This document shows positions 13,593-23,100 of a stretch of 64,000 nt of DNA, one piece after another. Origin of the DNA: Rhizodiscina lignyota (taxonomy: Eukaryota). Below the pieces are notes generated by a model, which searched no databases, was not told the DNA's origin, and saw only the letters and a list, made by a program, of their open reading frames with translations. Numbering within the stretch: the first letter of the stretch is position 1; every line of letters starts with the position of its first letter. The stretch is from positions 806,001 through 870,000 of the forward strand of contig ML978127.1 of assembly GCA_010015805.1 (NCBI GenBank), in the 5' to 3' direction. The translations under genes and the position numbers were made by a program.

Positions 13593-13643
13593 ATCACGCA
13601 ATGATATTCGTTAGCATCGAGCTGCGTGGCTGTATCACGCAAT
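13593..13643. promoter_or_regulatory. Two identical ATCACGCAAT boxes (bZIP-type, CYS-3/MetR-like) upstream of the second TauD gene
   Basis: Exact 10-mer at 13593-13602 and 13634-13643, 140-190 bp upstream of the ATG at 13451. Confidence 0.45.
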
Positions 13644-14475
13644 ATACCTCCATCTCTACGTTATCCTGCTCAACGTATCAGCCTGCTCACAAAGTTACTG
13701 CCCATTGGCAAGAGGCGCCGAGATATCCGTCAATCTGCAGGCGTTCTCTTTCGACAAACATCTAATGGAAACATGTAATATGTGCTCTTCGATATGATCT
13801 TCGAAATGATGTGGGGTCATCAGAGCGGGATGTCCTCCCTCCTGAAAGAAGATCAAGTTCTTCAGTTTCACATGGAATCGCTCTACATAGCGTAGGCACC
13901 AAATAGAGGGGTGTGAACGAGGAATTGAAGGATCAAAACAATGACGGCAGTATGTAAACTGTTATTAACCTTGACATGAACAGGAAAGAGGTCTTCCCAC
14001 GCCAGGAGAAAGCTTGTGGCTTGACGCTATACCTATTTAAGGCTTAGCTGCTCCCTAAATTTGTTGCCTAGCCCTCACCCCTGAGTTCTTCTCATCGCCA
14101 CATCTATTTCTCCATTCGTCACCTTTGAGAGTCAAGTTCCCATTCAGGAATGCATGTCTTGCCAAAATAGCATGTGCTCCTTTGAGTTTTCAATACTCCA
14201 TTCGGAGACATACCGTAGACAAATCTTCCGATCCGACAGGGTCTAGTCCCTTGCAAAGAGGTGTTTCCAATTCCAGCCTCAGCTGGATGGAGCTTTCGAG
14301 CGAAGATGGCTGAGCCGATTACTTTGTTTTCAGCTTACGCGCAAGCCTCGCAAGTAGTTCAGCAGCTCAAAAGCTTGTCAGAATGCTTATGTTTCTATTT
14401 CTTCACCATGAGTCGGAGCTTCATATCTATCCTTTATCATGAAAATTTTCACTATTGTCAGTCACGCGTAATGGA

Positions 14476-16140
14476 ATGAATCGACGCCAGGCCTTCAGTC
14501 TCTACGTCTGCCATGCTCTGTCGACCTGGAACGCTCGTAGCTATGAGTTCGCCGCGGTTTTGTTCACGGCAGCCGCCTTCCCAGAAGGTCTACGCGCGGC
14601 CTCGTTTGTCGGCATCGCGAACAGCATAGCTGCCATCCTATTCGGATCTGCTATTGGAAGATGGATCGATCGCGGACAGTCACGCTTACGGACGCTTCTC
14701 ACAACCATCTTGATCAACCATGCTGCCGTTATAGCTGCATGTACGATGTGGTTATTAATCGTTCAAGGAGCGGCGAACGATGCCGACGACGATCGCAATG
14801 CAGAAGTGCAGGATATCATCAACACTTCTATTCTGACTGGAACGCCGAAGATAATGTTCTTTTTAATCTTACTCGGCCTCGGAGTTGTCGAGAGTGTCTC
14901 TCGAAAGGCAAATCTCATCAGCATTGAGCGGGATTGGGTTCCTGTACTCGCTCCACCTACGGTTGCCGAAGGATACGACCTCACACATGTCAATGCGATC
15001 ATGGGCATGATCGATATGATGTGCAAGATGGTGGCACCTATTGTAGTTTCCCAGTTGATTGCCATTGTCTCCTCGAAGGCTGCAGCACTGATTTTGGCTG
15101 TTGCAAATGCGATTCCTTTTGGACTCGAAATCCTTGCTGCAAAGAATCTCTGGAGAGCGAACACTGCCCTTCGCGCTGAAAAGGAAAACCTTAAAGATTC
15201 CGATAACATGCATCCTGGACAGATGCAAGAGAACATCAGCGAAGCTTGGGCTCAGCAACCAGTTGTCTGGGTGTTCGACGTCGCACTTTCATATATGGAC
15301 AATCTCCAGCTGTATTTCGAATCGGAAGTTTGGGCACCCTCGCTCGCCATGTGCATCACTCACGGCTCGATCCTTTCCGTCACAGGAGTAACGGTTGTTT
15401 TCTTCCTCGACTCGGGTTACTCCTTACAGCTCGTCACCATCGCAGAGACAGTCAGTGCTTTCTTTGAGTTGAGCAGTACCCTTATTACGCCTTTCGCGGT
15501 CCATGCGATATCAAAGACGACGGATGCTAGGCTGGCTGCAGACATTCCGCTGATGTCAGTGGAGGACGTTGGGCGGCTCGACGAAGACAGCGGCGACGTA
15601 AATAATGGGTCGACCAAGTCAAGCCCTGTTGTTAATACCGCGATTACCCACACTGGTCTCTACGGCATCTCCACCATGTGTCTTATCCTGATATCAACCA
15701 TCCCAGCGCTCTTCTATCTAACATCCCAGCTTAGCTACCCGATTCCTCGCTCAGAGACCAAGCATGGCAGTCCAACGTTCCATTCCTACCCCTTCGCGAC
15801 AGTTATAATTCTGTCATGCCTCGCCATCTCACGACTGGGTCGCGGCATCTTTTCGCTCTCGACACAGCAGCTTGGACAGTCCCGGGTTGCATCAGAACAT
15901 CGGTCTAGCTTCGCAGGTGTTGAAGTAGGATTCGTCAGCCTTCTCGGGTTGGCGCATAACGTAGCTTCAGCCGTATTCAGTGAGCCGAAGGAGTTTGGGA
16001 TACTGGCGACTGGAAGCTGGATAAGTCTTGCCTGCAGTGCGGCGTTGTATATTTGGTGGCTGAGAAGGGAGGGAGTTCAGTTTGCTTGGTGGAATGCAGG
16101 TGGCAAAAGGAAGTATCAGCAATTGGAAGGCGATGATTGA
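14476..16140 (+). CDS. Ferroportin (FPN1/SLC40, iron-regulated transporter) homologue, intronless
   Basis: N-terminal LYVCHALSTWNARSYEFAAVLF, IGRWID, ISIERDWV and IDMMCKMVAP resemble ferroportin motifs. About 10-12 hydrophobic segments. Confidence 0.8.
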   Translation: MNRRQAFSLYVCHALSTWNARSYEFAAVLFTAAAFPEGLRAASFVGIANSIAAILFGSAIGRWIDRGQSRLRTLLTTILINHAAVIAACTMWLLIVQGAANDADDDRNAEVQDIINTSILTGTPKIMFFLILLGLGVVESVSRKANLISIERDWVPVLAPPTVAEGYDLTHVNAIMGMIDMMCKMVAPIVVSQLIAIVSSKAAALILAVANAIPFGLEILAAKNLWRANTALRAEKENLKDSDNMHPGQMQENISEAWAQQPVVWVFDVALSYMDNLQLYFESEVWAPSLAMCITHGSILSVTGVTVVFFLDSGYSLQLVTIAETVSAFFELSSTLITPFAVHAISKTTDARLAADIPLMSVEDVGRLDEDSGDVNNGSTKSSPVVNTAITHTGLYGISTMCLILISTIPALFYLTSQLSYPIPRSETKHGSPTFHSYPFATVIILSCLAISRLGRGIFSLSTQQLGQSRVASEHRSSFAGVEVGFVSLLGLAHNVASAVFSEPKEFGILATGSWISLACSAALYIWWLRREGVQFAWWNAGGKRKYQQLEGDD

Positions 16141-16337
16141 CAGTTTGCAACAGCGCAAGTCCATCTCATCATGTGCGCTTTGGGCCTGGCATTGGTAAAT
16201 ACTCGAGTCAGTGGTATTCACGTAAACCCAGATTATCGATTAAATATCACATCGAAATTTTCTAGAGTCCTTTCCAATAATACAGGATCATACGTTAGAT
16301 TTTCAATTTCCGCAAAGTTGGCTTCTACACTAAATGC

Positions 16338-18083
16338 TCACAGCCCATACACGAACGTCCACTTCCGATCAGAATATCTCTTATCTGTTCGCTCAGTCTC
16401 CTCATAAATCTCGTCAGGCGTCATTCCTCTGATCTTCTTTGCCTTGTACCGGTTCATGGCTCTCAGTTCCAAATTGTAGCATGCATATCCAACCCATGAA
16501 ACAGCCATAAGCCCTACAGTAACCTTGAGCGGGTATCGATAGTCCGGGCCGTACTTAGCCAAGAATAACTCTGATCCAATAATGCCACCCAGATTGCCCC
16601 ATCCATTGATACCCAAAATCATAGTTCGCTTACCCGGATCGGGAGTGTTTTGTGAGAGCCATGCAACGGTGATAGGTGCGCTGATGAACGTGCCTGCGAG
16701 AAGAACAACGAGGCCTCCATAGCGACCGTGTATGTTTTCCAGTGGCAATACGATGACGATAATCAGGCCGATGATAACGATCAGCAGGCCACCGAGGATG
16801 TGGTACGTCCGCTCGCGGAAGTGATCCGAAGAGTACGCGAAAGCAAGGAGCGTTATAGTTCCTAGCACGTACGGAGGGACAGTCATTAGGTTTGCTGTTG
16901 CGCCTTGGTAACCGAGGCCCTATGAGAGATGTTAATATCAATGGAAATGGAGCTTTGAACGAGCGGTAAGGGCTACCTTGACAACCTGTTATCACGCGGA
17001 GCAAGTCAGCACACTATTCAGCATCAAAAAGAGAGAGGAGGCCTCGTACTAATGGAAAAAATATCGTAAAACCCTGTGGGGCTACGCTCGCCAGAATGTT
17101 GAAGGGCAAAACGGCCCACAATTTCCAGTCGATGAAACCCTCAAAGACATCTTTCTTCGAAAGCTTGTACGTTGAGTCCCTATTCGCCTTCGCATCAATA
17201 TACATGCGCTGCTCAGCATACTCCTGTTCTGCTGGCTTGAGAAACCATGCTTTTCCGGGGCCGATAGCCAACCAAAATGGAGTTACGATCGAGAGCGCTA
17301 TCGTGATAGTCCCCTCAATAATGAACAGATACTGCCATCCGTGTAAACTGCCATCAATATGGAAGCATCCATATGCTATGAGCCCGCCAAATGCGCCAGC
17401 AATAGCGTAGGAGCCGTAAAATAGAGCAATCCGGAATGCGAGGTCGTAGCGCGGGTAAAAAGTGCTGAGGAAAGAGACACAAGTCGGATAGAAGCCAGCC
17501 TCGAAGACGCCAATTAGCAAACGGATGGCGATAAGCTGGGCCTCGGTCTTGATGAAGGCGTGTGAGAGCGTAAGGATTCCCCAACCCAAGCTGATGACAG
17601 CGATCCAGCGTGCCTGGCCAATTCGCTTGCCGATGGCTGCGGAAACGGGCTGTAGGGGAACATACTGTACATGAACGTTAGAGCTAGGTTCTGGCAGTAT
17701 CCGTTACCCTAAAATGGGTAGAGTTTGAATCTTACAGTGCAAAAGAAGAGCGACGTAGCCGTATTCACAGCTGAAGCGGGCATCCCAAGGTCCGTCGTGA
17801 ATCCATCAGTTTGCGCATTTCCAAGGTTGCTTCGATCAAGTCCGTTCAGGAGGTATATCAATACGCAGAATGGCAAAACGAAGAGGTCGAATTTAGCGTT
17901 TAGCGAGCGATGTCGACGTTTCTCGTCTGGGGTCTGCGGAACATATCCACCCAATCTCGAGTGCTCCAGCGCGGCTTGCAGCTGGATGACCTCCGCCTTC
18001 GCATCATCCTTCTGATCTAACGGAGCAACATTTTCAGTCTGATTGACGTTCTCTACCACGGAGGGTTTTTCCTGCGTAGCCAT
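16338..18083 (-). CDS. MFS transporter, allantoate/nicotinate permease (Dal5/Tna1) family, multi-exon
   Basis: KFDLFVLP, LDRSNLGNA, RLLIGVFEAGFYP, FYPRYDLAFRIALFY, GWQYLFIIEG, SDHFRER, GNLGGIIG. Confidence 0.9.
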
Positions 18084-18827
18084 TTTGTTGTCCCAGCTCT
18101 TGTCACAGGTGGTCTGATCTCCTGCCACCCCAAAGATGGGCACCAGCAGCTTATGAATTCCATAATTCTCGCGGTAAGAAGCAGAAGAGATATTGCCGAT
18201 CTCCCCGACACCGAGGGCACGGATTGCTGTTTTCTTGGTATCTGGAGTAATGCACCCCGCAAGTGTTCATGTTGGTGGTCGGTGATTGACGCGGTCGCAG
18301 TTATAATGTCGAGATGGCACCGTCGGAAATACAGCTGACTATTAACAGCATCGAGGGCGGATAAATCTTATAGGGGGCTTTAAGGTGGCTTCTGCTTCAG
18401 TTTATCGCGGAGGACACTGCAGCTCAAACAGAATAAATGTGTCATTAAACTTGGTGAAATTAGAGCATAAATATCCCAACTTCGCGTGAACGCGGCCCTC
18501 CATGTCTGAGTAAGGGCATTTTTTTTAATGGTGACGGCCTTAAAACCCGGCCGACAATCTAGCTACTCGCACTTTGTCCAGCCATTTGCGCCTCAATTTA
18601 GGCAAGCATGCTTCCGGAAATCCAAGACGGATAAAACCCCGGGCGTTGATGGTCATTCGTAGAATCTTAATGGTCGAGTCAAGTAAATGGACAGTGATAT
18701 GCCGAACTCACCGAATATCCGGTTACTGAGGATAGGTTTGCCTGATGTATACTTCTCAGGTATTCGAAGATCGTCGTAGCAACCCAGGATCAGAGCCTTG
18801 AATCATACTTTTGTGTGACATTCCAAC

Positions 18828-19929
18828 ATGGCGACAATACCAGTAGCATTTCCCGAGGACGTCAAAACCGCTCCTCTGGTAACACTGAAACTCGACAGAC
18901 TGATCCAAAGCGATGTTCAAGAGCAAGCGCGGTTATATGAGGCTAGCAAAGCACTCGGGTTCTTCTACCTTGATCTACGAGGATGCCCAGAGGGAGAATC
19001 ACTGCTTGCAAGCGCAGACATTCTGTTTAACGTTGCAAAGGATGTGTTTGAACTCCCAGTCGAGAAGAAGCTCACGTATGATTTCGCTGCCCAGGGGAAG
19101 TACTTTGGCTACAAGGGAATGGGCGCTGAAGTGATCGATGGTGCCGGCACTAGAGATCGGAACGAAATCTATAATGTTCGTTTAGCAGAAGTTATAACAT
19201 CTATTATATGCAATGCTAATCATTCTTTAGATTTCAAAGGATGACATTCTTGAAATCGGCGAGAGCTTACCACAACCCGGGCTGGTAAATGAGAGACGAG
19301 GACTCCTGAAAAGATATATCACTCAGAACAATGCTGTTCTCCAGACATTGTTCAACTCTTTCACCCAAGTCATGAAGCTACCATCATCATCATCCCTCGC
19401 CACTCGCCATCGTCTCTCCGCTCCCTCCGGCTGTCATGTGCGCTTTATCCGTGCTCCACCACAACCGCCCGAACAACGGCAAACAGCGCTCGGAGAACAT
19501 ACGGACTTTGGAAGCCTAACTATCCTGTTCAATCGCATCGGAGGTTTGCAGGTTCTGCTTCCCGGCTCGGAAGAGTGGGTGTACGTGAAGCCAATGCCCG
19601 GCTGTGCGATCATCAACCTCGGTGACGCGATGGTAAAATTCACTGCTGGACTGCTGAGAAGCAATCTGCACCGCGTAGTGAGCCCCCCGGGAGCACAGGC
19701 GGATCTGGTGAGGTATAGTCTAGTGTACTTCTGTAGACCAGAGCACGATATCAAGCTGGGCAGACTGAAAGGTGGTGACATCGACCTGGTTGAAGGCTCA
19801 GCAGAGGAAGCAGATGGCGAGAGCGCGCAGGAGTGGCTGAAGAGACGGCACCTGGGGAGGAAGGTCCAGTTCTTCAAGGGCAGTGAAAGCTGGGAGGGTG
19901 CTAAAGGTACGGAGGGGGCACGACTATAA
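18828..19929 (+). CDS. 2OG-Fe(II) oxygenase, isopenicillin N synthase-like (DIOX_N + 2OG-FeII_Oxy), one intron
   Basis: LGFFYL, EHTDFGSLT (HxD), GGLQV, INLGD, NLHRVV (distal His), RYSLVYF (RxS 2OG-binding). Intron ends at TAG 19230. Confidence 0.92.
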
Positions 19930-20184
19930 AACGCGAATGTTAAGGTAGGTTACCTCATAATTGTATCTACCATCATCACTTGCCTGGCTGTGATAGGAGA
20001 CTGATTTTCTGACTTGGAGACATTCACGTTTTGTTGCATCTTCATTGTATACTGGATAGACAGAATGAATGGGGTCCGTTATTTCTTCTCGCCTTAATCT
20101 TACACCTCGCCTTGCTGTAGTGATGCATCACTAACTATACTATACACGATCGATGAATGCCCTCCCGGGCAAAACCCATCCCAC

Positions 20185-23100
20185 TTAGTGAACCCCTACC
20201 CTCTCACCTCCGCTCAATCCCACCATCTTTCTATTTCTCTTCACTAGGCCAACAAGTTTCTTCTCAAGTGCTTCCGTATCCTTCCTACTCTCCACCACCG
20301 CTCTCTCCGCCTCCTGTACACTCGCGAATGCCGGTCCTGACCATCCCAGCTCAGGCACAGGACATTCCGCGTACGCTTCAAAGCCCCTCTTCGCACCAAG
20401 TCTCGTCTGCACAAGCCGGTCCATCGCGACCCACGCGTCAATGGTGCCAGGTCCGCCATTCGGTCCTAAGAAGCCTGGTGTTACAGAATGGAGAGATGTC
20501 GCAGACAGAGTTGCTGCGTTGGCAGTGGGGCCGATAGAACCAACAAGAGCAGGCTCGCCTCCAACGCCAACGAAACGGTAGGAGTTGCCATCGATAGCGA
20601 AGCCTGGAGCGTTGGCCCCGGCGTTAGTGCGGTCGCCTGTGGAACCGAGGTAGACTGCATCGGCGGGCTTGCCGGTCTGAGGATGTGGCAGTGAAACTGT
20701 CGGAAGAACGAACTGATTCACATACGACAGGGCCTCGTCAGCCGAAGGAGCCTTACTTGTCGCTGGGACGCCCATAGCAGGAGAGCCAGGGAGGACTGAG
20801 CCAGCTCTTTCGTCGGCTGCTGCCAGGAGCGACTGGGGATGCTGTGTCTGGATGTCTCGAGCGTATTGGTTGGGGTCGAATGTGCTCTCATAGAAGCGGT
20901 GGATATTCGGGATACTCGAGTTTGCGTTGACCAATTGCTGCATCCACTGTGACCGTGGCACTGGCGCCCACGATACTGGTCCACCATGCTCTGCATTCGC
21001 CATCAGGCTCTTCTCGAGCGCGATGTAGCGTTCTTCTTCTTCCGGTTTCAGCATCTTCAGCCATGTGCCGCTCTGACTGATCATATTTCTCGCGGACAAA
21101 CGTGACTCATCGACACCATTTGTCCATCTTATAGGCTCATGTTTCTCGAGCGAGTCAAAGTCCTCAGCTGCGAATGAGCGCGGTACAGTTGTCGAATTAG
21201 CGAAATCGACTTCTTCGAATGCCATCGTGGGGTCATGTCGGATTTGAGAAGATATGTTCGCGATACTAGTCATAAACATCTCCAATGAAGATGTTATGAT
21301 TTCACCACGTGCCACAAGATCCTTCAGAATAGAGGCTGAGCTGATAGACTTCCGTTCGGTGGCTTTACTCTGCGCAGATGCTGGCTCTGGACCTTGATTA
21401 GTAGTGCTCTCCGGAGCGGCAATTTCATCTTGCGTTGTCTCCTTGAAGCTATCAGATTTCTCCTTAACATCTGTAGCCTCTTCTTTTACATCTGCAGGGC
21501 CGGGTGAGGGTGGCCGACTTTCCACGGGCGTCTTGGACTTCGCAGATGCTGGTGCACTAGGAGTGTTTGCTTTCCTCTTCTCTTTCTTTTTCCGCCCAAG
21601 AATTGGTGCCTGTATAGGCTCTTCCTTCTTAATAAACGCCTCCTCCTGAGCTGCAAGTTTCGCCGCGGCCTTCTCCTTCCTCTCTCTCAAAGCCTGACTC
21701 TTGCTCTTCTTGATTGGCGCACTTCCGATTTTGCCTCCAACAGGCGGTGAACTCGCTCGTGACATTGTCAGAGACGCTGATGCAGAGGTGACGGATGCGT
21801 TGTCAGAGATGAACTCGCTTGGCGTTCCGGGAACATTGATGGACGCTATGCTAGCTTTGCGAGACGGACCGGAGAGGCCGGCAACTGCTGGAGCTGTGAC
21901 GGAGGTAGCTGAAATCGCTGAGGGCGGCGGCGGCGTCTCAGTCTTAGGGGTGGTAACTACGCGAATTGTACGCGGCTGGATGGTTCGCCGGATTGGAGAT
22001 CCCGTTGATATCGCGGCTGGAGTTGCGGGTCTAGAGTGTGCAAGCGTAGATGCCGTAGGTGGTTGAGATGATTTAACTATATCGTTTCTTGATGAAGCTG
22101 AGGTAGCTGGCTCGCTAGACCTCTCGGGAACAGTGGTAGCCGCTGCAATATCAAGCTTTCCAGGTGGTTGTCGTCTGGTCGGTTCAGGTGTTGCTTGCGC
22201 TATTGCCTTCGTTGCAGGGACATCACCTTTCACCGATTCTTTGACAGATACCATCGATTCATCTATCAAAGGTGCAGCTTTGTCTGAAACCTTGGGCCTT
22301 TCCGCGCTGTCATCGAGTTTACCTTCTGGCGCCTCTTGCTGCTTTAGCACTGCTTTACCAGATGATCGCGTCTTCGCTACGTCGATTGTGGTTTTAGGAT
22401 CTGCTAAAGGTGAAATAAAGGTCTGCCCTTCTGGACCGGACAGAGATGCGTCCTCATTTTTCACCTCATTTGCTTTGTTAGTGATATCTTTTCCCTCCTT
22501 AACAACGGATTGATTAGGCTTGATCTCCTTTCTCAGAGGTGTACCGACTCGAGCTGCGGGTGTAGCAGGAATCACGGGCACAGCGGGCATAATCGGATTC
22601 GAGATTGTCCTGGGCTTCTCGGGCATTTGCGTGGATTGCGACTCGTCAGGTACTGGCGGTGCTGGTGGTGCAAATCCAGGAGGAACAGTAGGCGTTGCAC
22701 GGCGCTGGGTGTCGCTGTTCGCAGGTGAGCCTGACGGCTGGGGCTGAGCTTGCGGAAGATCAAAGCCTGGCGGCGGCCTGTGAGTGAGCGAACCGAAGAA
22801 CAGGTCATCTGCGAACATTCATGTTAGCGAACACGTAAATTAAAAAGAAAAAAAGAAATCGGAGCTGATGCTGTGATGAGGGTGAATGTTGAACGGAATG
22901 CAACGAAGAGGAGGCATGGATCTATGGGTCTGGTCCTTTTGGTAGCAAGATTGCAAAGCGAGGCGCCGATGTCAGGGGCGGTTCTCTCATCGTCTTCGTC
23001 ACATCAGGAAAAATTGACAGGAAATTGAAGCCATCAAAGATCTACATAAGATTGCAAACTGTTGCCGAGCCCTCTCTCGGCTGGATTCGGCTCTGATGTG

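Noticed and set aside
20185..22818. 877-aa ORF as an independent gene
   Set aside because: Its ATG lies between a branch point and a 3' splice site, and the frame matches two NOT4 donors. It is better explained as a NOT4 exon.
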